64,000 nt of DNA, taken from the IMG/VR virus record IMGVR_UViG_3300027833_000035, positions 1 to 64,000 of that record; one strand, 5' to 3'. A program made the position numbers and the translations under genes. Position 1 is the stretch's first letter, and each line of letters starts with the position of its first letter. This stretch comes from a virus. The notes beneath the pieces were generated by a model. The model was not told where the DNA came from. It was given only the letters and a program-made list of their open reading frames with translations, and made no database searches. Shown in pieces: positions 27,035-37,650 of the stretch.

Positions 27035-27499
27035 ATGCTGTTTGAAAACTTTGAAAACTTCCTATTAACAGAAGAATGTTTTAATAACCACGACGTATCG
27101 CATATAGATAACGACGGCAACCAGCATTACCTAGAACATTCAGAATATATTTCTTACCTCGGTCAGGTTACAATTTTACTAGCTAACAGAGCTACTATTA
27201 AAGTTGAACAAGCCGAGAAACTATTTGACTATAACGATAGGACAATACATTTATTTTATAATGATGTAGACGGTCCATCGTTTAAAGAACATACAGATCC
27301 TGTCGATGTTTTAATAGAATGTTTGGATGGTATAAAGGTTTTGGAAGTAGAAGGTGCTACAGTTATTCTGCAGCCAAACCAAAGCGTTTTTATACCTGCA
27401 GGAACAAAGCATAGAGCACTTAATAACAAAAAGGCATTAATGATTTCACATGGCATTCGCGACACCGAAACACTTACTCGTATACGTAAAAACGACTGA
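27035..27499 (+). CDS. minimal JmjC/cupin-4-like oxygenase
   Basis: SFKEHTDPVDV (HxD), G-x-K, FIPAGTKHRA; start moved to ATG 27035. Confidence 0.7.
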   Translation: MLFENFENFLLTEECFNNHDVSHIDNDGNQHYLEHSEYISYLGQVTILLANRATIKVEQAEKLFDYNDRTIHLFYNDVDGPSFKEHTDPVDVLIECLDGIKVLEVEGATVILQPNQSVFIPAGTKHRALNNKKALMISHGIRDTETLTRIRKND

Positions 27500-28478
27500 A
27501 ACCTGCAATCTAAATTGCGCACACTGCTTTACGTCTGGTATCAATGGTAGAAAAATCTACTTTGATGCTGAGAAGACTGCTAACTGGTGCAATGAATTAT
27601 GCGATGGTAATAACGAAATACATTTTGAATACCACGGTGGCGAACCTATATTAGCTCCTATGGCAGACTTGATGAAGTTCTATAATATTACTAAAGAACA
27701 TTGGGGTGACCGATGTACGCATGGTATTACAACTAACTTAGTTTATAAACTTACTGACGAAAGACTTGAGTTTTTAAAAATGTTAGACGGTGGTTCTGTT
27801 GGTACATCTTGGGATCCAAACATTCGTTTCTCTAATGAAAAGCAACGTAAACTATGGGAAGATAACGTCAAACGTTTGGTTGACGAAGGCTGCTTTGTTA
27901 AATGCTTTATATCAGTTTCAAAAGATGTGGTTAAAATGGATCCCATTGAAATTGCTGATTATATGCATTCGCTTGGTGTCGGCGCTATTAATTATGAACG
28001 ATTAACACATGACGGTAATGCAACAATCAACACTGATATTTTTCCACACAACTCTGAGCTTGATGCTTTTTGGATGGATATGCATGAAAAGACTGCTGAC
28101 CATCCCGTTTATAATAGTTTCCTTAACACTGTATACGATAAGTTTAGTAAAGGTCAATTCTTTAATGGTACTTTCTGCAGAGACTGCGAGCAAAAGTTAC
28201 ATACCATCAACGCTGATGGAACTGTAGCCGGCTGCCCTAACACTGCGCCAACACAATGGTATGGTACGATTGATACTCCTGCAAAAGAGGTGCGCCAATC
28301 ACCAAAACGTATGGAAGTTATATCATGTGAAATGCATGAAAGAGATCCACGCTGTTATGATTGCCCTGTGTTTATATATTGCCATTCTGATTGTCATCAA
28401 CTTCAATGGATGGGAGACGTCTGTCCAGCTCCTAAAACATTAATGATGAAACTTGCGAAGGATAAAGGATGGATTTAA
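27450..28478 (+). CDS. radical SAM/SPASM protein (rSAM1)
   Basis: CNLNCAHC, HGGEP; CRDC...GC...CYDCPVFIYCHSDC...C. Confidence 0.93.
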   Translation: MAFATPKHLLVYVKTTETCNLNCAHCFTSGINGRKIYFDAEKTANWCNELCDGNNEIHFEYHGGEPILAPMADLMKFYNITKEHWGDRCTHGITTNLVYKLTDERLEFLKMLDGGSVGTSWDPNIRFSNEKQRKLWEDNVKRLVDEGCFVKCFISVSKDVVKMDPIEIADYMHSLGVGAINYERLTHDGNATINTDIFPHNSELDAFWMDMHEKTADHPVYNSFLNTVYDKFSKGQFFNGTFCRDCEQKLHTINADGTVAGCPNTAPTQWYGTIDTPAKEVRQSPKRMEVISCEMHERDPRCYDCPVFIYCHSDCHQLQWMGDVCPAPKTLMMKLAKDKGWI

Positions 28479-29509
28479 TTATTAAGCCAACCGAGGCCTG
28501 TAACTTTAAATGTACCTTTTGTTCATCAACTGATATTGATGCTGACAAAGCTGGCTTACTTGATTTAGAATATGTTTATAAATTTCTAAAACGTTATCCT
28601 GACACCAATACTATTATTGTAAATGGTGGTGATCCATTAATGGTTGATCCAAAATGGTATTGGGATTTGATTGCTCACCTTGACGAACATGATTACCCTG
28701 CATCAATTAGTTTTACATCAAACCTCTGGCCATTCCTTATTAGACCAGAGAAATGGTTACCTTTATTTCAACACGAAAGATTTGGATGTACTACCTCATT
28801 TCAATATGGTGGTGGAAGATTAAAGGGTGATTACTCTGAGTTTACTGAAAAGGATTTTTGGCGAGTATCAGATGCTATGTTAAAACATACTGGCTCTCGA
28901 CCAGATTTTATTTCTGTAATCGTTGATGAAAACTTTGATGATGCTATTAAAAATGTAGAATTAGCGAAAGAGATGGGAGTCGAGTGCAAACTTAATTATG
29001 CAATGGCTTCTGGTGTTCAAGGCTCTACATTTAGGCTAAGTAAGATATATGAAACCTATATAAAGATATATGATATGGGTTTAGCTGAATACGAATATAA
29101 TACTAAACAAATGATGATAAGGTTAAATAAAAATAGTTGGACTACTTGTCCACAGAATAGACAATGCGATAGTGGTATACGCGCATTTAACCCAGGTGGT
29201 GATTACTATTCATGTGGTTCGTTTGCTGACGATTATGATTACCCTATTGATTTTGAGGAAGAAATGAATGGTGAAATGCAGACACCATTGCAGAATGATC
29301 CAAATATACAGACAATGAAATCAGCTTGCTATACTTGTCCGATGTTTGATATATGTAATGGTTGTAAAAAGACTGTGCGTGATATGAAACGCGAAGGTCA
29401 AGCTGAGGATCATTGTTATCATATGAAAAAACTAGCACCAAGAATACTTGAAATAAACGGCATGGACCCAGGATTGGCAACACCTTATGTTAATGAATCT
29501 ATCAATTAA
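28469..29509 (+). CDS. radical SAM/SPASM protein (rSAM2)
   Basis: KPTEACNFKCTFC, NGGDP; CPQNRQC...YSC...CYTCPMFDICNGC...C. Confidence 0.93.
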   Translation: MDLIIKPTEACNFKCTFCSSTDIDADKAGLLDLEYVYKFLKRYPDTNTIIVNGGDPLMVDPKWYWDLIAHLDEHDYPASISFTSNLWPFLIRPEKWLPLFQHERFGCTTSFQYGGGRLKGDYSEFTEKDFWRVSDAMLKHTGSRPDFISVIVDENFDDAIKNVELAKEMGVECKLNYAMASGVQGSTFRLSKIYETYIKIYDMGLAEYEYNTKQMMIRLNKNSWTTCPQNRQCDSGIRAFNPGGDYYSCGSFADDYDYPIDFEEEMNGEMQTPLQNDPNIQTMKSACYTCPMFDICNGCKKTVRDMKREGQAEDHCYHMKKLAPRILEINGMDPGLATPYVNESIN

Positions 29510-30401
29510 TCCAACATACTATTGTAACTTCGCTTGCGATTTCTGTTACTTAACAACAGAGCAGCTAAACGATAGACATAAAATTACTCCTTTATGGTTA
29601 GAGAATAGCCTACAACAAATTACTGACGAGGTTGGTCATGTTGATTTATATGGTGGAGAAATTGGTTTACTATCACCGGAGTATTATTATTCATTAAAGA
29701 AAGTAATACGTAATCATTACAAAGGCCCAATTAATATTAATACTAACTTGTCGGCATTCCCTGACTTTTTTAGAGATGAGGATGTAACGTTATCAGTATC
29801 ATATGATTTCCATGCCAGAGAAAAAGAGCAGCATGTTTTAAATAATATGATGAATGCCAACAAGGATTTATCTGTATTGATATTAGCCTCGCCAAAAGTG
29901 TTAGAGATGGATGTAGAGTTTATGATTTTTACACTTAATATGATTTCTAATGTTAAATCAGTTGAGATTAAACCATATTCAGTTAATCAGGCAAACCAAC
30001 ATAATGTAACTCATAAAGACTTTGAGGATTTCGTTATTAGGTTTGATGAAGCAAACACTGTAAAGAATTTTAATTTTCAAAACATTGATAACATATACGA
30101 TAGCATAGAAGGCAAGTATGACGCATTTAGTAATGACCATGTTTATATAACACCGCGTGGGAAATTTGGCGTCTTGGAATTCGATAAATACGACAGAGAG
30201 TACTTTAAAGAATACGACACTTACCATGAATATCAAACATGGGCACGTGAAGAACCTGAAAACAATTTGAGCGATATATGTAACGTATGTTCTTATTATG
30301 GGAAATGCTTAACAGAACATTATCGGTATGTACACGACTTAACCAATAGTTGTAATGGATATAAAGGGTTATTAGAATATTATGAAAGAATGGAAAGCTA
30401 G
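29487..30401 (+). CDS. radical SAM protein (rSAM3)
   Basis: NPTYYCNFACDFCY, YGGEI; CNVCSYYGKC...C. Confidence 0.9.
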   Translation: MLMNLSINPTYYCNFACDFCYLTTEQLNDRHKITPLWLENSLQQITDEVGHVDLYGGEIGLLSPEYYYSLKKVIRNHYKGPININTNLSAFPDFFRDEDVTLSVSYDFHAREKEQHVLNNMMNANKDLSVLILASPKVLEMDVEFMIFTLNMISNVKSVEIKPYSVNQANQHNVTHKDFEDFVIRFDEANTVKNFNFQNIDNIYDSIEGKYDAFSNDHVYITPRGKFGVLEFDKYDREYFKEYDTYHEYQTWAREEPENNLSDICNVCSYYGKCLTEHYRYVHDLTNSCNGYKGLLEYYERMES

Positions 30402-30780
30402 ACAAAGCGCGTATCATTTAACAGCATCTTTATTTAAAGACGATTTAACTGATGTAGAAATTAATTGGCAGCCAGATAATATCGTTGAGGATGCACTAAC
30501 GCATTTCAGACAATATGTTGACGAATGGGTCTACCCTGCAAAATCGTATGTAGTTGCTATATGTTATGCCCATTGGTTAAATAGAGATTTTAAAGAACCA
30601 TTCTTTGATGCTCTTAATGACGAAGCCTTATTGTTTAATAATGATCCACACTTTGTTCCATATTGGGCAGACAAAGAAACATATGACGATATACTATTTA
30701 AATTAGACTTTAACGAAAAACTTGGTATGGTACCTGACATATACGAATATTATAAAGAGGAAATGTTATTTGGACTTTGA
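30382..30780 (+). CDS. hypothetical protein in radical SAM operon
   Basis: 132-aa acidic/aromatic ORF overlapping both neighbours. Confidence 0.75.
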   Translation: MKEWKARQSAYHLTASLFKDDLTDVEINWQPDNIVEDALTHFRQYVDEWVYPAKSYVVAICYAHWLNRDFKEPFFDALNDEALLFNNDPHFVPYWADKETYDDILFKLDFNEKLGMVPDIYEYYKEEMLFGL

Positions 30781-31846
30781 AATAACAAAAACACTATTAG
30801 AATCTAAACGTCCGGATATAGCCGAGATTGAGTTGACTTTATTTGAAAACTGTCATCTTAATTGTTCGTTCTGTCATCACGATAAAAAATCTACCGTAGG
30901 TTTGAGTAGGGAAGAGATATTCTCTAAATTGGATTTAGTTGAACAACATGTCATTAAGATGAAAGGCAGAGTTGATATAATCCAAATCAATATGGTTGGC
31001 GGTGAGTTATTCCAAGATAGAATATCAGAATGGGCTTACCCTGTTTACTTTGATTTCCTTGTAGCAATCAAAAAGGTATTTGACGAACATAAGCAAAAGA
31101 TTAAAGTTGTGTGGGTAACATCGTTTCAATTTAGCAAACGTGAAAGAGTACAGAAACTACTCGACGACCTAAACGCTGAAGCAATCCCTTCATATATTAT
31201 ATGTTCATATGACTTTGACGGGCGACCAACAAAAGGTCCATACGCTAAAAATATAGAATACTTTGCTGACTATATCGTATCAATTAATATGGTTGCTACT
31301 ACTTTGTCAATCAAAAAGTTTATGGCAGACGATGATGAGTATTTCCATTACTTATATGAAAAGTTTGACGAATTCTATTTTGATGATTATATTCCAGATC
31401 GTGGATATGATTATATGATACCATCAGATAGTGAGTACCTCGAGTTTTTAAAATTCGTATACCATAACTATCCAGACATTAATCCTATTAAGGATCTCAT
31501 ATATAACGAGAGTAATCACATGCATTGCTTGGCTCTTAATAAGGTTACGATATTCCCAGATAACTCTACATCAAATTGCCGCTGGGATAGATACGATCAA
31601 CGAGATTTTAATACAGAATACAAACCTAAAGATAACGCCGGAATGATGCAAGCATATATGGATGAAAACGGTTGTCTATCTTGTCAGTGGTATAATAAGT
31701 GTGGATTTAGATGCTATACCCAATGGGATTGGAAAAACAGAGAACGCGATTTACCTGACTGCATAATGAGAATGTGGTTTAATTATATGGACAAAACAGG
31801 TCAAAATTTGATAACAGGATTTAATTATGATAAAGAAAAAACTTAA
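30770..31846 (+). CDS. radical SAM/SPASM-like protein (rSAM4)
   Basis: CHLNCSFC, VGGEL; CLSCQWYNKCGFRC...C; start uncertain (TTG 30770 after GAGG, or 30722). Confidence 0.9.
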   Translation: MDFEITKTLLESKRPDIAEIELTLFENCHLNCSFCHHDKKSTVGLSREEIFSKLDLVEQHVIKMKGRVDIIQINMVGGELFQDRISEWAYPVYFDFLVAIKKVFDEHKQKIKVVWVTSFQFSKRERVQKLLDDLNAEAIPSYIICSYDFDGRPTKGPYAKNIEYFADYIVSINMVATTLSIKKFMADDDEYFHYLYEKFDEFYFDDYIPDRGYDYMIPSDSEYLEFLKFVYHNYPDINPIKDLIYNESNHMHCLALNKVTIFPDNSTSNCRWDRYDQRDFNTEYKPKDNAGMMQAYMDENGCLSCQWYNKCGFRCYTQWDWKNRERDLPDCIMRMWFNYMDKTGQNLITGFNYDKEKT

Positions 31847-32546
31847 ACTTGATTTTTATACATCACACAAAACGCTTATAGAATTACAACCAATTCAATC
31901 TAGAACTAAACCACCATCATGGTGGAAGTCTATTAAGAATTCGTATAGCCAATTTAGGTCTAGGGCTGGTACTAAAGTTCCAACTCCAACGGTTAAAACT
32001 TGTCCTGGGATTGTTGATTATATTCGCAAACCTATTGTTCTTAAACTATGGTCGGATGGTATTTTTAAAGTAAAACCAAACGGTGATGTTGAATGTATTG
32101 AACCCTTACAAGGATCTGGCATACTTGATGGATCTCAACATGAACGTAGACAATTTGGTGATACATTATATCCAAACTGTACTGTATTTAAACTACATGG
32201 TCCATGGTCAGTTAAATCAAGTGAACGTAAAGAGTTTATGATTACTGAATGTCATTACACTGAAGATTTGCGTAAGCATGGTATTTTAATCTCACCTGGG
32301 ATTACAAACTTTTATGACCAACATACTTTAAACTGTTTTTTAGTATTTCCAATTAAAGACGAAGAATATACTGTAACGCTTAAATATGGTACACCTATTA
32401 TGTCAATATATCCAATGCACGAAATGGAACTTGATATTAAAATGCATGAGGTAGCTACACGTCAGGAATGGCAAGAAATACAAAACGTATTCCCATCAAC
32501 CTTTATCGGTCGTTATCACTCCCGGAAACACACACGCGGTAAGTGA
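31827..32546 (+). CDS. conserved phage hypothetical protein
   Basis: PSWWK...TVKTCPGIVDY...LWSD...FKL..PW...GTPI motifs. Confidence 0.7.
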   Translation: MIKKKLKLDFYTSHKTLIELQPIQSRTKPPSWWKSIKNSYSQFRSRAGTKVPTPTVKTCPGIVDYIRKPIVLKLWSDGIFKVKPNGDVECIEPLQGSGILDGSQHERRQFGDTLYPNCTVFKLHGPWSVKSSERKEFMITECHYTEDLRKHGILISPGITNFYDQHTLNCFLVFPIKDEEYTVTLKYGTPIMSIYPMHEMELDIKMHEVATRQEWQEIQNVFPSTFIGRYHSRKHTRGK

Positions 32547-33524
32547 ATGGTGTTCCATATAACTTAGTACACCTTTATCAATACATGTCATTAAATTTTT
32601 ACAATTGGCACAGTTATCAGATTTACTTGAATAAGCCAACTGTGACATGAACTTATTGTCTTTTACCTGAGTCCACGACTCAATATCATTTTCATCCTTG
32701 ACTACAAAATTATCTGTACCAATTAAAGCTATATCATATACGAATGGTGTCCAAAAGAAACGTTCGTTACAATAAGTATAATTTAATTCTAAAGAACCAC
32801 CTTGCGCTTGGTCAATAAATGTTTTAGGCATAAGATCGTCAGCAAAGTCATAGTTCTTCCATTTTTCAATAAGATGTTTTTGAACTTTAGATTTTGGCGC
32901 TCGGAAAAACGATGGATTTAAAGTAAGAATAGAATCAAACTGTTCTTCAACGAGTTTTGACATTTCGAGTACCTTATGGTTCTCAACATCATCATTACCC
33001 ATATTATATACCATATAATAATTTAAATCATCTGTCAACCCGTTTAATATATCTAATTTATATTTAAGTACATTCCAATTAACAGGTGGCTGCAACGCTA
33101 TATTACAATCATACATAAATCCATCAGCTTTTGGAATACTATTTAATAACTCAATAACATTATAATCAATCTTTTCCAATGTTGTAACGAATTGAATAGT
33201 AGTTACTTTACTTAAACACTCTCGGAATGTTTCATCTTTTAATAACTCTGTAATATTATTATTACCAAATAAATCAGTTGGACCAATATTAATGGTTGAC
33301 ACGCGGTACCCATTGGTATTAAATAAATCAATGGCATTATTTAATCTATCAAACGATCCCATATTTGAACCGAGTTTATTAACAAAACAACCTTTGCATT
33401 TAAACTCGCAGCCAGATAATACCTCACAATTAAACTGTACTTTGATTTCATGTCCTTCATTAAAGGATAAATCAAAATCCTTATCGGCTTGAGCAGCACG
33501 TTTATTATTAGTAACTATTCCCAT
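32496..33524 (-). CDS. divergent radical SAM protein (rSAM9, GPTD type)
   Basis: EVLSGCEFKCKGCFV, IGPTDLF; CANCKNLMTC...C; start set at MGIVT after GAGG. Confidence 0.8.
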   Translation of the reverse strand: MGIVTNNKRAAQADKDFDLSFNEGHEIKVQFNCEVLSGCEFKCKGCFVNKLGSNMGSFDRLNNAIDLFNTNGYRVSTINIGPTDLFGNNNITELLKDETFRECLSKVTTIQFVTTLEKIDYNVIELLNSIPKADGFMYDCNIALQPPVNWNVLKYKLDILNGLTDDLNYYMVYNMGNDDVENHKVLEMSKLVEEQFDSILTLNPSFFRAPKSKVQKHLIEKWKNYDFADDLMPKTFIDQAQGGSLELNYTYCNERFFWTPFVYDIALIGTDNFVVKDENDIESWTQVKDNKFMSQLAYSSKSDNCANCKNLMTCIDKGVLSYMEHHSLTACVFPGVITTDKG

Positions 33525-34662
33525 GGTAAACCTCATCATCATATAAACCAATTACATCTTTATTTAAAATACATTCTTTTCTTCCATCAAATACGGTATC
33601 CATAATCATTGGAACCATTCTATTCACGCATATATTTAAATACTTACAATCGCCGCATTCTTTGCTTCCACTATTTTCAATCTGTTTAACAACGATTTCG
33701 TCTTTCTTTTTTAGAATATAATCAGTTATATCCGCGTCAGGCAGCATCAACCAACCATTATCAACTTTAAAATCATCTGTATGGATCTGAGCATTCTCAT
33801 ATATGAATGGAGACAAATACATATCACCGTGGTATATACTGACTACCGAATAATGAAATGCTTTATGTGATACATCACCTTGTAAGAAATGGAATTTGTT
33901 TTTAAACTTATGTGGATCTGCAGCCAACCGAGTTAGCATATCGTTCCATTCAAATAGTTTATTTCCATGTTTTGCACTATGATTAAAAGAACGTACTACT
34001 GATGGCAATACTTCAATAACAGTTTCATACCTACTCCTAACAAACTCAATGGCAGGGAATAGTATATCCTCTACACCTTGTACGATATTAGTAGCCATAC
34101 TTATTTCAAAGTTTAAAGAACTATTCTTAAACGTTTCAACTCTTTCGTCGAGTGCATCTAAGTATACTTGATCGTTCATTAATCTATTTAAATCCAAAGC
34201 GATTTGTACATCCCATGCTTCAACGACCTTACCCAGCGGTGAGTTTTCAATAGATTTTATCTTACCCTCAATATCCTTTTCAGATAATGATCCAAGTATA
34301 GAACAGTTATGTTGGATATTTCTATTATCCTCAGGCATCATTAATATAGCATCAGCAAGCCTTTGATTATTAATAATCTCTTCTAAATTTTGAGCACCAT
34401 AAAAGTCAGTAGGTCCGATTACAATATCGTCCAATACAACATCAGTTCTATCTTTTAATTCATACGCCAAGGAATGAAACGTTGCGATTGAGTTTGGGTT
34501 CCAATTACCTTTACGTTTAACAAAACAACCCGGACACATATATGAACAGCCTTCAAGTATTTCAAGGTTGACTTGTATTTTATATTCTTTCATATTGTCG
34601 ATTGAAGTAAATTCCTCACCACGTCCACCGTCTACAATATTTTTCCAATCATTATTTAACAT
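33508..34662 (-). CDS. divergent radical SAM protein (rSAM8, GPTD type)
   Basis: EILEGCSYMCPGCFV, IGPTDFY; CGDCKYLNIC...C. Confidence 0.8.
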   Translation of the reverse strand: MLNNDWKNIVDGGRGEEFTSIDNMKEYKIQVNLEILEGCSYMCPGCFVKRKGNWNPNSIATFHSLAYELKDRTDVVLDDIVIGPTDFYGAQNLEEIINNQRLADAILMMPEDNRNIQHNCSILGSLSEKDIEGKIKSIENSPLGKVVEAWDVQIALDLNRLMNDQVYLDALDERVETFKNSSLNFEISMATNIVQGVEDILFPAIEFVRSRYETVIEVLPSVVRSFNHSAKHGNKLFEWNDMLTRLAADPHKFKNKFHFLQGDVSHKAFHYSVVSIYHGDMYLSPFIYENAQIHTDDFKVDNGWLMLPDADITDYILKKKDEIVVKQIENSGSKECGDCKYLNICVNRMVPMIMDTVFDGRKECILNKDVIGLYDDEVYHGNSY

Positions 34663-35809
34663 ATGATATATCCTTTAAACGTTTTAGTTCTGGGTCGTCG
34701 TCATCAGTAACCAAAAACTTTTTACGATAACCATTCTTATCGTTTTCAACTGAATAGCCATCCCATTCATACATTGTTTGAGCAGGACCATTATAGTTGT
34801 TTATATTATTTAGCATATTCTCTTTAGGAGCAATGCAGCGATCTACTCCGAGGTAATCCCTTAACATTATTATTTTTCTATTATAACAACTAAAGAACAA
34901 CGGACAATCCTCACACTCAGTTCCTTTTGCTCTTTCAATTTGATGTTCAACCATTGGAACAACGTCATTAAAAGATTTTACTTTAAACATATCATCGTAT
35001 ATAGCCATGTTCTCATACATGAATGGACTTAAATACCATTCACCACGTTTATAGTTTAACACAGTGTAATTAATACCTGCATGAGAATGGTCTACCATAA
35101 TATTGTTTAGCTTTGACTCTTGGTGCCATGTGCTAAAGTATTCATTAAACTCATCGAGTGTCTTTAAGATTATGTTTGCTTTATGAGAACGAGATACTGA
35201 CGGAATAAAATCCAATATAGTATCAAAACGTTTTACTGCTTGATCGTGTAATGCTTCATAATCTAATCCATAATCTTTAATATTAACAACAAACGTATAA
35301 GTAACCTCATGCATAATATGTTTATCTATATAAGCTAACATATCTGATATATGTTTCGTGTATTCATCAGTAAAGAATTTATGTGGATTTGTAGCGATAC
35401 CAATTTCTATTTCAGTATCGAGGTTAATGTTATCCATAAGAAAATTACAGAACTTTTTAATATCACCATCAATAAGAGTTGACACAAAAGCTAGGATAGG
35501 AGAGTTTTCATTAATAATATCTACGAGTTCTGGCATTACTTCATAGAAATTTTCTGATGCCAAAAAGTCTGTTGGACCGATTAATATTTCATCAACAAGT
35601 ATTCCTTGGTCAGTAATCGAACGTATAAACTCTTTTGCCATAAATATTTGGCTTTTATCGCTAGCGTTCCCCCGTCTATGTACAAAGCACCCAGGGCACT
35701 TGTGGTGACAACCGTCTAGTATATCCATTTGAATTTTGACGGCACTGACGGGCTTAGTTTGGGTCTCTGTGGTCATCTCATAATAGAGATTATTTTTAAT
35801 CAGAGGCAT
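34652..35809 (-). CDS. divergent radical SAM protein (rSAM7, GPTD type)
   Basis: DILDGCHHKCPGCFV, IGPTDFL; CEDCPLFFSC...C. Confidence 0.8.
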   Translation of the reverse strand: MPLIKNNLYYEMTTETQTKPVSAVKIQMDILDGCHHKCPGCFVHRRGNASDKSQIFMAKEFIRSITDQGILVDEILIGPTDFLASENFYEVMPELVDIINENSPILAFVSTLIDGDIKKFCNFLMDNINLDTEIEIGIATNPHKFFTDEYTKHISDMLAYIDKHIMHEVTYTFVVNIKDYGLDYEALHDQAVKRFDTILDFIPSVSRSHKANIILKTLDEFNEYFSTWHQESKLNNIMVDHSHAGINYTVLNYKRGEWYLSPFMYENMAIYDDMFKVKSFNDVVPMVEHQIERAKGTECEDCPLFFSCYNRKIIMLRDYLGVDRCIAPKENMLNNINNYNGPAQTMYEWDGYSVENDKNGYRKKFLVTDDDDPELKRLKDISYVK

Positions 35810-36818
35810 ACATATATTCCTTCAATGCGACGCAGTTATCTAATCCTCGCGACTCCATATATAAATGTATATTACGTTCAGCACAGCTCATCATATATTT
35901 GCAGCCATTACAATCATCAACCTGTTGAGCATATTCAATATTATCATATAAAGTATTTGCATCCATCGTTGTTTCAAAATTTGGAGTTCTTTGAATAATA
36001 ACATCATATAAGAATGGATTTAAATATAGTTTATTATTATAAAAGCTATAGTTTTGGCAGCCATATCCATTAAACTTTGCATCAAAGAATGTATAAAGAT
36101 TAAGCCATTTTTTATCAATGTTTTGCTCAACCATTTCGCGTCTAAAGTTTGCTAGGTGCTGTTCCACCTTACCGCGTGCATTCCTATCTGTTAGAAACGA
36201 CGGCGTAATTATAACTGGTGCATTATAATCATCAAATATTCGTTGACATAAATCATTATAGCCGATACGTTTAAATACATCTTTATGGTAATTAACTCTA
36301 AATTGAACTGAACCTAATTCAAACATTTTGAGTTTACGGTTCCAATCGTCTAGTTCTCCATCAAGGTACTTATCTATATCTAAAACGATTTTAAAATCAA
36401 TATCAGGTACTCTGTGAATGCCTTCGTATAAACTCCAAATCTTATCGAGCTTATCCTTTATTTCAGCATATGGTTGAAGTAACGTTGATGTAAATCCAAC
36501 TGCCGATATTTCATAAAGCTTTTTCATATATGGATGGTTCATAATCTCGTAGAAGTTCTCTGCGTCAAAAATGTCAGTAGGACCAACCGTTATTTCGTCA
36601 GGATAATAAGAACCATTAATTAAAAGATTATAAAGCGTTTCTAAATTATCAGCCTTAGTAAGGTTCTTACGTGGAATAAAACAACCTGGGCACGACTGAG
36701 CGCAGCCATGTAATATGTCTAAGTTTATTTCAGTACGTAAAAAGTCTGTATTAATAGGGCTTTTATTTTCATCATACGTATAGTAACCTGCGTATGTTTT
36801 ATTCAGTTTCACTGTCAT
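35796..36818 (-). CDS. divergent radical SAM protein (rSAM6, GPTD type)
   Basis: DILHGCAQSCPGCFI, VGPTDIF; CNGCKYMMSC...C; start set at MTVKL. Confidence 0.8.
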   Translation of the reverse strand: MTVKLNKTYAGYYTYDENKSPINTDFLRTEINLDILHGCAQSCPGCFIPRKNLTKADNLETLYNLLINGSYYPDEITVGPTDIFDAENFYEIMNHPYMKKLYEISAVGFTSTLLQPYAEIKDKLDKIWSLYEGIHRVPDIDFKIVLDIDKYLDGELDDWNRKLKMFELGSVQFRVNYHKDVFKRIGYNDLCQRIFDDYNAPVIITPSFLTDRNARGKVEQHLANFRREMVEQNIDKKWLNLYTFFDAKFNGYGCQNYSFYNNKLYLNPFLYDVIIQRTPNFETTMDANTLYDNIEYAQQVDDCNGCKYMMSCAERNIHLYMESRGLDNCVALKEYMYASD

Positions 36819-37635
36819 TAGTATTGGCCTCGGCTTCCGATTGAATATCAGCTTTAATGTCAGCCTCGATTTCCTCTTCAGTTTTTGGTTTTGGAATATC
36901 AACACTAATAATAAATCCAGGAGGCATCATTGATAAAATGTTATTTGTAATATTAGCTTGTGTCAATACATAAAACAAATCTTTACCAAAGTATGCTGGC
37001 TTATCGTTATACATTTGTTTATTATATTGCATTTTAAATCCAAGCATAGAACAAACTAATAGGAAACCATCCCAACCGTCAGTAAGGAGACGCGCAACGT
37101 TTGGACCACACACTGTTGGTTTATCAACTACTGTAATTTGGTCAACTGCGTCTTTTACTTCAATTTCAATTGCTTTGTTTTCATCTGATAAATTTTCGTG
37201 GAATTTACAGATTACGAATGGAATAAGTTCAGCCATGTTATTACAAACTTCATCAATCAAATCAATATGTTTATCAACAAAATCGTGTAACTGATCTTTA
37301 CTAAATATGTCAAGTAATTGCTGTTCTAAACCATTAAACTCATATCTATATCTAGCTTTAATAGCCATCACAACAAACCGTGATAGGAAAGGGCTATCAA
37401 TAATAAAGTCTGATTTAATATATTCCAACAACAAGTCTTCATCGACTTGAGCAAAAGTTGTTTTAAAGTTAGTGTTTGCTAAATAAATTAGAATATGTTT
37501 AGCTGACAGCTTTTCTTTAGATGCCAAATAATCTACCCATAAAACAAAATCTTCATCTTCTTCTTTTACCTTATAGATCTCAACTAAATTCTGAGGTGCT
37601 AATGGTAAAGTATATATATTTTTTTCTTCACTCAT
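36799..37635 (-). CDS. hypothetical protein in radical SAM operon
   Basis: 278-aa acidic ORF with no recognised motif. Confidence 0.75.
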   Translation of the reverse strand: MSEEKNIYTLPLAPQNLVEIYKVKEEDEDFVLWVDYLASKEKLSAKHILIYLANTNFKTTFAQVDEDLLLEYIKSDFIIDSPFLSRFVVMAIKARYRYEFNGLEQQLLDIFSKDQLHDFVDKHIDLIDEVCNNMAELIPFVICKFHENLSDENKAIEIEVKDAVDQITVVDKPTVCGPNVARLLTDGWDGFLLVCSMLGFKMQYNKQMYNDKPAYFGKDLFYVLTQANITNNILSMMPPGFIISVDIPKPKTEEEIEADIKADIQSEAEANTNDSETE

Positions 37636-37650
37636 AATAAAATCACTTTC

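Noticed and set aside
28376-28397. YCHSDCH in rSAM1 resembling the precursor YCHSSCH motif
   Set aside because: Falls in the normal SPASM CxxC-x5-CxxxC pattern; probably coincidence
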